Shown: positions 13,268 through 25,204, numbered from the whole stretch's first letter. The stretch is 63,349 nucleotides of DNA, filler included, from Chiloscyllium plagiosum (GCF_004010195.1; 5 parts of one record of this genome joined end to end with filler, not necessarily neighbours in it), one strand, 5' to 3'. Program-made: numbers and translations. The notes: a model not told the origin generated them from the sequence alone.

Positions 13268-13568
13268 GGGCGGCACGGTGGTTAGCACTGTTGCTTCACA
13301 GCGCCAGAGACCCGGGTTCAATTCCCACCTCAGGCGATTCTGTGTGGAGTTTGCACAGTCTCCCTGTGTCTGCATGGGTTTCCTCCAGGTGCTCCGGTTT
13401 CCTCCCACAATCCAAAAATGTGCAGGTTAGGTGAATTGGCCATGCTAAATTGCCTGTAGTGTTAGGTGAAGGGGTAAATGTAGGGGAATGGGTCTGGGTG
13501 GGTTGCGTTTCGGTGTGGACTTGTTGGGCCAAAGGGCCGGTTTCCACGCTGTAAGTAATCTAATCTAA
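13268..13568 (+). mobile_element. V-SINE (HE1-like)
   Basis: Head GGCACGGTGGTTAGCACTG..GGGTTCAATTCCC (A/B-box-like), V core, (TAATC)n tail. Confidence 0.9.
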
Positions 13569-13717
13569 AAATGGGAAAAAAAACCCTGTAAACATCCCAC
13601 TTCAACTGACTACTCCACAGCGTCTGTTTTATCAGTTTGCTTCTCCAAATTCAGTTTTGAATGGGACCCAGCTTCCTCTAAGTTTCCAAAGAGATTAAAA
13701 TGGATAGCTAACAAGTC

Positions 13718-13810
13718 TATTCCTGATAAAGGGCTTTTGCCTGAAACGTTGATTCTCCTACTCCTCGGATGCTGCTTGACCTGCTATGCTTTTCCAGCAC
13801 CACTCTCGAC
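13718..13810 (+). mobile_element. Family-A PLE terminal fragment starting at a decayed HHR
   Basis: CTGATAA-A-GGGC-TTTT-GCCT-GAAA-CGTT followed by the family-A tail. Confidence 0.75.
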
Positions 13811-14419
13811 CCCTATCCAACACAGGTTCTAATTCTTTCCCAACAATTCGATGCCACAGCCCTGCCACTACCACAGGCTGATGTATATTGTTCACAATAT
13901 TGACATCCTATTTGATCTGGAGTTGAGATCTTAATGCATATCTACTTCATCATGTAGGCCACCTGGTTTTCATTTTTAGCATTGTTGATTTTTTCCTTGA
14001 CACATCTGCTCTCGAAACCCTCAGGTCTGTCCATATTCAACTGTTCCAATGTTCTCTTGGCTGAACTCCCAGTCTCCACTCTACCCAGTTACTGATAACA
14101 TTGGCTGGATGTTTAAGGCGTAATGACTTCACCATTATTACTTTTCTGAAACTGAACTTCAGGAGTCTGCATATGAGCAGTGAAGCAAAGAAATCCAGAA
14201 TTTGCAGTCAGTGCTTCTACGCATAGTGCGCAATCATTTAGAAATTAATAGACTGATGATAACTTTCATTCTTGCATTATTAGTCATGTTGTAAAACTCT
14301 TGAAAAAAAGTTACCCTTTGTTGAATGAGGTGTAACCGGGCTGTTAGGGTACTAAATTCATAACTATCATTGAAAAACATTACTGTACCTCAAATTGCAT
14401 TCAGAAAATATCAGAATTT

Positions 14420-14785
14420 ATAGAATCTCCAGCGTGTGGAAGCAGGCCATTCGGCTCATTAAGTCCACAGCGACCCTCCAAAGAGCATCTTAATCAGACC
14501 CACCCCAGCCCTGTAATGCTGCATTTCCCATGGCTAATCCACTTAGCCTTCACATCCATGAACTCCATGTGCAATTTAGTATGGCCAATCCACCTAACCT
14601 GCACATCTTAGGACTATGGGAGGAAACTACAAGTTGGACTGAAGGGTCTGTTTCCATACTGTACATCTGTATGACTCTTTGACATGGGGAGAACATGCAA
14701 ACGCCACACAGTCACCGAAGCTGGAACTGACCCCGGGTCCCTAGCACTGTGAAGCAGCAGTACTAAGCACTGAACTATCGTGCCT
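14420..14785 (-). mobile_element. V-SINE (HE1-like), degenerate, with small internal insertion
   Basis: Reverse complement of the V core and tRNA-like head. Confidence 0.75.
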
Positions 14786-16697
14786 TCAGAGATGTGACAA
14801 AAAGCAGTTTTTTAAAAACATTTTTCAAGCTTATATTTCAGCTCCTGCTTCAATCTGTTCTGAATGTTCCAATCATTTCTTTCACACTTTGTAAAATGGA
14901 TATTAAAACTGATGCATAATCAGTGCCTTCCCGTCCTGATTTTAGGTATGTGAAAATACTTCTGTATGATTAGCTATTTACTATTCTTGATGACATCATT
15001 GCTACTGGAAGCAAGGACATCTCAGGACGTGGTGTCAGATTCAAATTAAAGTTGGGGAAATTCACATGACAATGATCCTGGAGGACAACTTTACGAGATC
15101 TACAACAAGCACTAATCCATTGCCACAAACAATGTTCTGAACATTAGCTTTATAAACTATTACAGATTATCGTAAACTGACCTTCCCAAAATGTTTGTAA
15201 TGCATTAGATGGTCAGACAGACATTGTTATTTTTCTATTTCATGAAAACTGGAAGCAGGAGTATTTAGTAATTACCAATGTATTTCCTGACTCCATTGAG
15301 GCTTTCTATTTCAACTCAAACACCAATCTGGTAATTTTAAGATTTATCCTCTCTCAGCATTTCTGATTAATTCTCATGTGTCCTCAATCACTACAATTTA
15401 CCAAAGATGTTTCTGTCAAAGTCAGCCAGAAAATCTTAATTACTTCAGCTGTACTCAACTTTTGTTTGGTTGCACAAGCATTAGACTAAATATATTCCTC
15501 CCAGGTTTCAGGTAGAGTTAAAATTTGTCATAAATTTTCATTGGCTTTCCTTTTATGGCCAGAGGTTTATGCATTACGAGACCAACAGATGTGTCGAAGT
15601 TAGCTTTGAAATGAATATGAATGTCTATCTCCAATGGCACTAGAAATGCCTGTCACTGATCAGCCATGTTCAACTTATTATTGGGATTTTATTTTGCAAT
15701 ATCTTCCAAAAAAAACCTCAGATTCCACAATCAGAAATATGGACCTATTAAATCATGTTTTTGTTTCAAATCTACAATCCCTAGTCAACCAGTTGATGTG
15801 CCTTCTATGCTATGTCCCCACAGAGTATCAGAAGGTGGAGTGTAGGAAGCTTTCAAGTTTAATCAGAAGTCTGCTGTAGCAACAATAAACACCTTTTGCT
15901 GCAGATAGTGCTGATAATTTCAATGCAAGAAAGGAATGACTAATTGACTGCACATTTAAGGGATTCATTAAAAAAAAAAATGACTTCAACCCTTTTGGTT
16001 GAGAGAGTTAGACTTTATAATGTTCCCAACGCTGTCGACACTACACTGTAAATCGGTGCCTGCGGCGATTAATACTGCGCCTGGTCCACAACTTCCAGGA
16101 GCACGCTGACTTTGTTTTGGTTCTAATGTTGCAATGTGGGGAAATGCAATGTATTTCTTCCAAGATAATCCTTCTAAGAAATCAAATACATGTGCATTAC
16201 CAGTCATAAAAATACCATAGCGGACAGCGTGCCCCTAGCATGATAGAACCGGCACCTTAGTTGAAAGGAGTGTGCTATTTTTGTTAAACCCGCATCCTCT
16301 TCAATGAATTTTGCGTCTTTTCAACTTTTTTTTTCGCCTCATCTACCCACCACCCTCAACCAAAAAATCCTGTTGTTTGCAAGTTTTGCCAGCGATCTCC
16401 CAAGATTTAGGCACAGCAATAGGCTGCCACAAAAAAACTGTCTTCAACCTTCACACAAGGAAAACTTGCAATTGACACACTCACATATCTTTGCTGCCCT
16501 CTTAAAGTAAACCAGCAGAATCTAGCTGCCAACTCTTATAATGCAGACTGATTAAGCACTTAGAGATCCAACATCTTTTGACAAACATATTAATCAGCCC
16601 TCACATTTCCATAATTAATGCGCAAAATAGCAGCTTAAAAAGAGCACTTGTGTGCAAAAGTTGTACTGTCACTTTAAAAAAAAAACTTAAATCTTAC

Positions 16698-16797
16698 CAA
16701 ACTGGGCAAAAGATAGCCACACGTTGAGCAGAAAAAGCCCAAAGAAATGATAGTAACCAGATGATGCTGGCAAAAGGAAAGGGTTCGGGAGACTCAT
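16698..16797 (-). CDS. First coding segment of a secreted or type-I membrane protein: MSLPNPFLLPASSGYYHFFGLFLLNVWLSFAQF + 1 nt
   Basis: Kozak-like GTCACCATGA. 33 codons with a hydrophobic h-region (FFGLFLLNVWL) and an S-F-A signal-peptidase-like site. Phase-1 donor TTG|GTAAGA. Locally CpG-enriched unique DNA. Confidence 0.7.
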
Positions 16798-17037
16798 GGT
16801 GACTTCAGCGTTGCATTTGCACCACGGTACTGCGCCGAACAGCTGAGTCCTTGCTGATTCCCAGCAGGGTCTCCATCAAAAGAAAGCTGCAGAAAGTCAG
16901 CAAACGCAGTCAGTCGACGCCATGCAATCCCGAGCTGGTGTCAGATCGCAATAATCCTGCAGAGGGCTCGCCAACATTCCCACATTAGCATTTCCGAGAC
17001 AGGAAAAACGTGCTCATGACTCCCAGCCCGTAAAGAT
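16798..17037 (-). other. 5'-UTR portion of the same exon, containing upstream ORFs
   Basis: Acceptor TTTAACCATATCTGTTCCTGCAG| ends at 17038. All three frames from the acceptor hit stops before the ATG. uORF 16876-16805 (METLLGISKDSAVRRSTVVQMQR*) ends 7 nt before the main ATG. Confidence 0.55.
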
Positions 17038-17969
17038 CTGCAGGAACAGATATGGTTAAACAACATAGCTCAGTGAACATTGAAAGACAGGAAACGTATG
17101 AATACCTCACATTACCTGCTGTTTGAGTTGGGTGGATCTCATTATGTTAATTATATTAAAGATCAGATAGGTAAATCCTATTCTGTTAATTATGTTAAAG
17201 CAGATTAAAGGTGTCATGTATCAAATTCATTCATCGTCCAATTATCTTATTGGAAATGTTGCCTGTTGTCCAGTTCTACACCTTAACAGAGAGGGCAATA
17301 TCTTTTTTTTACTCCAAAGAATATTCCAAGTATTAAAAAATACTATTTTAAAAACCTCAGTTTTGAATTATGCAAGTTCTGTTAGCTAATTCCATGACTG
17401 ACAACAAGAGGAAAAACAATGTCCTATTTGGAATAACTAGTTCAGTAACAATCAAGCTAAGTGCGTTAATTGGATCTTCAAGTATTGTGGCAACAACCAT
17501 CCGAGCGACTGGTTTTGATTAGCCCTCTAGATGGTGCAGGTATGGAGGGATCAAGACTTAAATTCTTCATGAGGCTTTAATAAATACCACGCTAAATTTC
17601 ATAATCCAGCTGTGATGTGAATAATGAACACCTAAAATTAAAACATAAATTGCTGGAAAATGAGACGTTAACTCTGATTTCCCTCAGCAGATGCTGCTAG
17701 ACCTGCTGAGCTTTTCCAGCAATTTCTGGATTTGTTTCTGATTTCCAGCATCCACAGTTCTTTCGACTTTTATAGACCTGAAATGGCTGAGCAGCCAGAA
17801 AGTGTTTTACTCATGATGCCCAGTTTGAACTCATTCAAAGTTGATCATATACCATTGTTTGTACTTATGCCCAGTTCTAACCTAGTTACATTCTAACTGG
17901 GTATCACCAACCACACCATACCAAATGTGGTTGACTATTATCTACAAAGGAACTATCAGCTAACTGAAG

Positions 17970-19281
17970 TCAAGACTATGGTGCTGGAAAAATGCAACAG
18001 GTCAGGCAGCATCTGAGGAGCAGGAGTATCGACGTTTTGGGCAAAAGCCCTTCATCAAGAATGAGGCTGTGAGCCAAGGAGGTGGTGAGATAAATGGGAG
18101 GGGGGGTGGGGCTAGAGGTGAAGGTAGCTGAGAGTGCAATAGGTCGATGGAGGTGGGGGTGAAGGTGATAGGTCAGAGGGGAGGGTGGAGCGGATCGGTG
18201 GGAAGGAAGATGGACAGGTGGGACAGGTCATGAGGTTGGTGCCGAGTTGGAAGCTTGATCAGGGGGGATGGGAAATGACGAAACTGGTAAAATCCACATT
18301 GATGCCTTGGCACTGGAGGGTCCCGGGGTGGAAGATGAGACATTCTTCCTCCAGGTATCAGGTGGTTAGGGAGTGGTGATGGAGGAGGCCCAGAACTTGC
18401 ATGTTATTGGCCGAGTGGGAAGGGGGAGCTGCAGTGTTCGGCCATGGGACGGTGGAGTTGGTTGGTGCGGGTGTCCTGGAAATGTTCTCTGAAGTGCTCT
18501 GCAAATAGGCGTCCTGTCTCCCTAATGTAAAGGAGACTGCATTGGGAGCAACAGATACAGTAAATGACAAGTGTGGAAGTGCAGGTGAAACTTTGATGGA
18601 TGTGGAAGGCTCCTTCAGGGCCTTGGGCGGAAGTGAGGGGGGAGGTGTGGGCAATGGTTTTACAATTCCTGCGGTGGCAGGGGAAGGTGCTGGGATGGGA
18701 GGGTGGGTTGGTGGGGAGCGTGGACCTGACGAGGGAGACGTGGAGGGAATAGTCTTTAAAGAAAGCGAACAAGGGTGGGGAGGGAAATATATCTCTGGTG
18801 GTAGGGTCAGTTTGTAGGTCCTCCTCCATCGCCACTCCCTAACCACTCGACACCTGGAGGAAGAGTGCCTCATCTTCCGCCTCGGGACCCTCCAACGCCA
18901 TGGCATCAATGTGGATTTCACCAGTTTCGTCATTTCCCCTCCCCCACCGTATCCCAGATCCAAGCTTCCAACTTGGCACCACCCTCATGACGTGTCCCAC
19001 CTGTCCTTCTTCCTTCCCACCTATCCACTCCATCCTCCCCATGATCTATCACCTTCGCCCCCACCTCCATCCAGCTATTCCACTCTCAGCTACCTTCCCC
19101 GCCAGCCCCACCCTCCTCCCATTTATCTCACCACCCTGTTGGCTCACAGCCTCATTCCAGATGAAGGGCCTTTGCCCGAAATGTAGATTCTCCTGCTCCT
19201 CAGATGCTGCCTGACCTGCTGTGCTTTGCCAGCACTATACTCTTGACTCTAATCTCCACCGACTGCAGTCCTCACTTTCAC
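17970..19281. mobile_element. Penelope-like element (Neptune-type GIY-YIG) 3' part with inverted terminal repeat
   Basis: Minus ORF 18404-18835 has FTCTSTLVIYCICCSQCSLLYIRETGR (GIY-YIG with Cys motifs). Inversion junction near 18818. Imperfect 17-bp TSD at 17953-17969 and 19282-19298. Decayed HHRs near 18040 (-) and 19160 (+). Confidence 0.88.
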
Positions 19282-20679
19282 CTATCAGATAATTGAAGAT
19301 GATGCTATAATTAATTTAACTTCCCACTATAGAAGAGAAGGCATTAGGGCTAAACTGTGTTTCAGTCTGCCTGGCCTTTGGAGATGGTGACATGGGAGCT
19401 TTCCAGTGACCTGCTAACAGAATTAAATATTACAGTTATGGGCCAGACAACATTCACCCATGTTGGCTTGATTTCAGCAGACACTGAGAAATGATATTGT
19501 GAACAATGATGAATTTGAATCCTTTCATACTTTGTCAGTTCTAATACTAACCTTCCCTTCCATAGGCCCTTCAAGCATCCTTCAGGAGGAGGAGGCAGAA
19601 AGCAAAGAGTTGACAGAGGAGTTATTCATTCCTGTGCCGTACTGTTAGAGGAATCAAGTCCATCCTCCATCAACTCAGTTATCCACATCACAGTGAGAAT
19701 TGGGTTCTCACATGATGGATTGCACTCCACAAATAAGCAGCAAATGACGGAGATAAATGTATAATTGAAAAAGTGCTGTCAGGAACAGGGTCCTCTCAGT
19801 TGGGCTCAGCTGGCATAGATGCTGAGCCTCAAGGCTATTGCCAAAAAAGATTATTCCGGAGCTACAGCAGAAAGATTTTGTCAGCATTTCCAGATACACT
19901 TCATTTGATTGGTGAAGAACATCCCCAACATAAGTGCCATAATGTCTCAGGCATTGGCACAAATGCCCACATCCATGTGAAGGATATCACTTACATGGAC
20001 TATCAGATGTGACACTCAACCACATGCAGGCTGGCCCTCATTAATCACCTGCATACTCAGGATATCACGTTGTTAAGATATGAGAAAAACCTCACTGAAA
20101 TGTCACTTTTTAGCTCTTACAAGCTGGGACATGCAGGCATGAGACAAAAGATAGGAAAAGAGAGCTTGGAAGCAAGGGATCTGCTTTCAACCCCGTTCCC
20201 CACCCACCTCCCCATTGCAGCTCCGTGTACAATTGCCTGAATGATAGTGAAGTCTGCCTTTGTATGGCTGCTTGTTGGGTCCTTCATGATCTCTGAAACA
20301 TTCAGACATTGACAAAGAACATCTCAACAGTCAGAGCTGTGATTCAAGCAACTTAACTCAAAGGGCTTTAGCCATGTTGGAGTAGTCATAGAAAGGGAAG
20401 CTAAAGGATTTGTTGTTGCAATGAAATATTCACTTGCCTGCACAACACAGCATGACATAGTATATAAAGTTGAAATAGATATGTGACATTAAATTTATTT
20501 TACACACCATTACCTTGTTTTCACATTTCTGCTTAATGAAGATTAGTAAGACAAGAAATAAAGACAAGCAATAAGTATCCGGGAGAGGAATTAATTATTG
20601 ACTGTTGATTACTTGTGCTGCATTTGAAAAGCCAAGTGGGTTCAAAATCGTGCCATAAGCATAAAGTGCAACTGAATCA

Positions 20680-20772
20680 AGTAGGTAAAAACAATGACTG
20701 CAGATGCTGGAAACCAGATTCTGGATTAGAGTGGTGCTGGAAAAGCACAGCAGTTCAGGCAGCATCCCAGGG
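20680..20772 (-). mobile_element. Family-A-related terminal fragment with 12-bp TSD
   Basis: GCAACTGAATCA at 20668-20679 and 20773-20784. Same subfamily as 33389-33521. Confidence 0.75.
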
Positions 20773-20989
20773 GCAACTGAATCAGCCTGTCTTCAGCATC
20801 TCTGAAAGATATATGCAGCTGTTGGTGACCATAGCGTATCATTGTTTCTTTCTTGTTATTCTTCCGTCTGGTTATTGGAGCTCTTGCTTGATGTTGTGCA
20901 ATGTTAAGCAAGGTGTAGCTCATGACACTGCTATTGTCCTGGGCACCATCTACCATGTCAAAGTATGTTAGAACCATCTACTAACTCTA

Positions 20990-21170
20990 CTTCAAGGTGT
21001 GAATGTCTCTGGAAAACTGGTCTGACACAGAATGAAACATTATAGAGATCCCAGGGAATTTTGCCCTGGCATGAATAATGATATTTTATTGGGTTCAGAC
21101 CAGTTGAGTGCTGTTGAAATGAAAGACTTCTGGGTGAACTTGGGGTGCTTTGCTCACCACAAGCATACAA
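20990..21170 (-). mobile_element. Possible highly decayed PIF/Harbinger transposase remnant
   Basis: Minus strand gives ..TQLV.. and FPGIS..FILCQT across frameshifts, resembling the Harbinger QLVCD..FPGSSHDAFILRQ block. Recognised by eye only. Confidence 0.3.
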
Positions 21171-22880
21171 TAGAAATCCAGTCAGGATAGCAATTCCCAG
21201 TGCTTGCTCATTATGACTGGTTTCATCAATGAAAAGTGTACTTAAATGCTAACCCAAAAAAACACATCGTTGATCATTTGTAATATGCACTTATTGGTAC
21301 TAGATCAGAAGATTCCAGTTTTTTTAAAAAATGTTCACAGCATGTGGGTCTTGCCCAGCATTTGTTGCCCAGAGGGCAGTTATAGTTAGTCACATTGCTG
21401 TGGGTCCTGGGTCACACATAGGCCTCGCCAGGCAGAGATCCTTTCCTAAAGGACACTAGCAAACAGATGGGCTTTTATGACAATCAACAATGGCTACATA
21501 GTTGCCATTAAGCCATATCTTTACTCCAGATTTTATTGAATTCAAATTTCACCATTGCCATGGTTGGGTTTGAAACCACATCTCCAGAATTTGGCCTGAT
21601 CCACCAGATCTTTAAAATTAAACAGAGGGAAAAAAATGAAAGGCTGCAGTGACTGGTAAGGATCTAGTTACAGAGGGGGGAACAAAGACCTAGGTCTCGG
21701 AGCTTAGAGATGAGTTTGTTTGGAATTATGATGTTAAAGGTGGAGCTGTAGTCAATATGTATGAGTTCGACATAGGTCCATGTTATCCAGATGTTCCAGG
21801 GATGGGTGCAGGACCAAGGAGATGGACATATTGTGCCATAGATGAATTGCAAAGGATCAAGTTTATTTGTAAGGCTGGAGTTGATGTGAGCCATGACTAA
21901 GTTCTCAAAGTACGTCATGATTTTGGAGGTCAGAGCCAGCGGGTGGTAGTCATTGAGACACACTGCATGATCTTTCTTTCATTCTGGGATCTTCTTGAAG
22001 CAGTTGGACTTCACATTGCAGCAGGGAGATGTTAAAGATGTCAGGAAATTCTCCCGTCAGTTGGTCTGTACAGGATGTGAGTGCAAGGCTAGGGACTCCT
22101 TCCAGGCCACTCAGTCATTTTCTATGGATTCACTCTCAAGAAGGTTGATCTAATGTCTGCAGCATTGACTATGCATGCAAGTGCATCCAAGGCTGCTGGG
22201 ACAGATGACATTGTTTCACTGACCTTCTCAAAACAAGCGTAAAATGCATTGAGTATAATACATACATACGTATTATTGCCCACGATTCTGTTCGACTTTG
22301 TTCAGTAAACCTTTATGTCATGTAAGCCTTGCCACAATCAACAGGTGTCCATTTGGTTAGTCTGGCGCTCAGGCTTAGTTTGGTATTGCCTCTTGGCATC
22401 TCTGATGACCTTATGAAGGTCGTATCGGGATTTCCTGTGTGGGTCAGGGTCGCCCGACTTGAATGCCTCAGAACTGGACTTCAGAAGGGAATAGATCTCC
22501 CGGTTCATCCATGGTGTCTGGTTTGGGAACATTCGGATTATCTTCCTCAGCACGCAGTCATCTACACACTTACTAATGAAGTTTGTAACAGTAGTGCCTG
22601 AGTTCTGGAATTTGTACCAGTCCACTGACTCTAAAAATCCTATAGAAGCCCTTCCATTTCCTCAGACCAACACTGCAATGTTTTCTGTACTTGGTCCTCA
22701 AGCTTCAATTTCTGCTTATAAACTGGAGGAAGCACACAATGTTATGATCTAGGATAGAGCAATAGGTTTCTTTGATGATTGGATAGGAATGGTCAAGAAT
22801 GTTCAAATCTCTGGTGGGATAGAAGTATGAAAAATGTGTTGCTGGAAAAGCGCAGCAGGTCAGGCAGCATCCAAGGAGCA

Positions 22881-23307
22881 GGAGAATCGACGTTTTGGGC
22901 ATAAGCCCTTCTTCAGGAATGGAGAATCGACGTTCCGGGCATAAGCCCTTCTTCGGAATCGGAAGCCCGAAACGTCGATTCTCCGATTTGTTAAGAAGGG
23001 CTTATGCCCGAAACGTCGATTCTCCATTCCTGAAGAAGGGCTTATGCCCGAAGCGTCGATTCTCCATTCCTGAAGAAGGGCTTATGCCCGAAGCGTCGAT
23101 TCTCCATTCCTGAAGAAGGGCTTATGCCCGAAGCGTCGATTCTCCATTCCTGAAGAAGGGCTTATGCCCGAAGCGTCGATTCTCCATTCCTGAAGAAGGG
23201 CTTATGCCCGAAGCGTCGATTCTCCATTCCTGAAGAAGGGCTTATGCCCGAAGCGTCGATTCTCCTGATTCCTGAAGAAGGTCTTATGCCCGAAACGTCG
23301 ATTCTCC
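22881..23307. repeat. 40-bp tandem array whose unit is one minimal hammerhead motif
   Basis: Two minus units (22881-22959), an inversion, then plus units including six identical ATTCCTGAAGAAGGGCTTATGCCCGAAGCGTCGATTCTCC (23026-23265). Runs into the N gap. Confidence 0.9.
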
Positions 23308-23567
23308 NNNNNNNNNNNNNNNNNNNNNNNNNNNNNNNNNNNNNNNNNNNNNNNNNNNNNNNNNNNNNNNNNNNNNNNNNNNNNNNNNNNNNNNNNNNNN
23401 NNNNNNNNNNNNNNNNNNNNNNNNNNNNNNNNNNNNNNNNNNNNNNNNNNNNNNNNNNNNNNNNNNNNNNNNNNNNNNNNNNNNNNNNNNNNNNNNNNNN
23501 NNNNNNNNNNNNNNNNNNNNNNNNNNNNNNNNNNNNNNNNNNNNNNNNNNNNNNNNNNNNNNNNNNN
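23308..23567. other. Assembly gap (260 N)
   Basis: N run. Confidence 1.
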
Positions 23568-24704
23568 CATGCGTGGAAGCATTGTCAACCACGTCTGAGG
23601 GGAAATTGCGGTCTTTGAAGAAGGAGGCCATCTGGGTTGTTCAGTATTGGAATTGGAAGTATGGTGATAACATTTCGGTGCACATTCTTGAGATTGGCAA
23701 GATTTAAGTCACTGGCTATGATGAACAAGGCCTTGAGATATTCTGTCTCAAGACTGTTTGGAGCGTTGTATGCTACATCAAGGCATCACTCTAACCTGTA
23801 TTACTTCAAGTGCAGTCTTCACTTCCACATGGGGTGGGATATAGACTGCTGTCGGGATAGCAGAGGTGAACTTGCATAGCAGGTAGTGGGGACCCCACTT
23901 CACTGTAAGTGATTCTAGATCCGGGGAGCAGTTTCTCACCAGGGTCACCAAGTCTGAGTACCAGGGGATATTGATTAGGAGCGGACCCCACTTCCCCTTG
24001 CATTACCCAAGGACATCAAGCAATCCATTTGGTGAGCTGAGAAACCCTGAGTGCATCATGCTGCTTGTACATAGATCTGAAAGAAGCATTAAAATAGGAT
24101 CTCTACATAAAACTATTTTTTTGGTTTGCTGATAAGGATTAATAAGGTGGAGCAAAAATAAACCTAATAGGCCATTGCCTCCATGTAAAAGTAAATGAAA
24201 TATCTCTGAGCACACAGTGCTCTTATTGTTATCAAAGAAGACGAGTCTGTCTTATCTATGTCTTAAAGTTTCAGGGAGAGGTTTGATCATGTCATTGAGT
24301 TTTTATGCTTCTACAAATGCATGAAGCCCTTAAAATGGAATACATGCTGATGCAATTTCTATGGATTTGCTGCACTACAAAATTTAATGTTTGAGTAATA
24401 TTTGAACTTCTAGTTAGCAAAGGGCAGAGAAACTCCTACACCGAAATAAAAAAAGCTCGAGGCGTGGGAAATGGTACTCTGTAACACCTGTTTTAGCAGC
24501 AGTGTGAAACTGTTGAAACAATGTGCACACATTCCTTCAGGGAATCATGCCAATCAACATCTTCATAAAAGCTTAACATGCAAATGCCTAACTACCATTA
24601 ACAGTATGCACAGAAAATTGATTAGATGCTAGAACTGCCTTTTTGGAGCTCCACGTTTCGGTCTATGTCCTCTTTTAAGCTTCAGACGACAAACATGACA
24701 TTAA

Positions 24705-25204
24705 TAGAACATAGAAGAACATAGAACATAGAAAAATGCAGCGCAGTACAGGCCCTTTGGCCCTCGATGTTGCGCTGATCCAAGCCCACCTAACCTATAT
24801 TAGCCCACTATCCTCCATATGTCTATCCAATGCCCGTTTAAATGCCCATAAAGAGGGAGAGTCCACCACTGCTACTGGCAGGGCATTCCATGAACTCACG
24901 ACTCGCTGAGAAAAGAATCTACCCCTAACATCTGCCCTATACCTACCACCCTTTAATTTAAAACTATGCCCCCTCGTAATAGCTGACTCCATTCATGGAA
25001 AAAGGTTCTCGTGGTCAACCCTATCTAAACCACTAATCATCTTGTACACCTCTATCAAATCACCCCTAAACCTTCTTTTCTCCAATGAAAACAGCCCCAA
25101 GTGCCTCAGCCTTTCCTCATACGAACTTCCTACCATACCAGGCAACATCCTGGTAAACCTCCTCTGCACCCGTTCCAGTGCCTCCACATCCTTCCTATAA
25201 TATG
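24705..25204 (-). mobile_element. Young CR1 3' end
   Basis: EALERVQRRFTRMLPGM..RGDLIEVYKMI..TRGHSFKL..FFSQRVVSSWNALP with a (TTCTATG)n tail. Near-identical to the 43712 and 60652 copies. Confidence 0.92.

Larger units (their letters stand above)
22830..23655. mobile_element. PLE insertion (terminal repeat, HHR array, gap, RT-tail fragment) with 8-bp TSD
   Basis: GAAGTATG at 22822-22829 and 23656-23663. Rex1 sequence resumes across the insertion. 23568-23655 encodes PLE-like TQMASFFKDRNFPSDVVDNA on the minus strand. Confidence 0.75.
21664..23900 (-). mobile_element. Rex1/Babar LINE, endonuclease to RT N-terminus, degenerate, interrupted by a PLE insertion
   Basis: CLNDYHPLALTSKIMTYFENLVMAHINSSLTNKLDPLQF..IDYSSTFNIIIPNKLISKLRDLGL; FPNQTPWMNREI; PTRDLNILDHSY. 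Confidence 0.8.

Noticed and set aside
13268..13330. tRNA genes at SINE heads (also near 59790 and 51805)
   Set aside because: No complete cloverleaf. The V-SINE heads run straight into the SINE core.
16817..16836. REST/NRSE site (TTGCACCACGGTACTGCGCC), plus half-site GGACAGCG at 16222
   Set aside because: Needs an insertion and several mismatches against TTCAGCACCACGGACAGCGCC. A half-site alone is uninformative.
22881..23307. CRISPR-like array
   Set aside because: Units are contiguous with no unique spacers, there are no cas genes and the context is eukaryotic. Explained as an HHR minisatellite.
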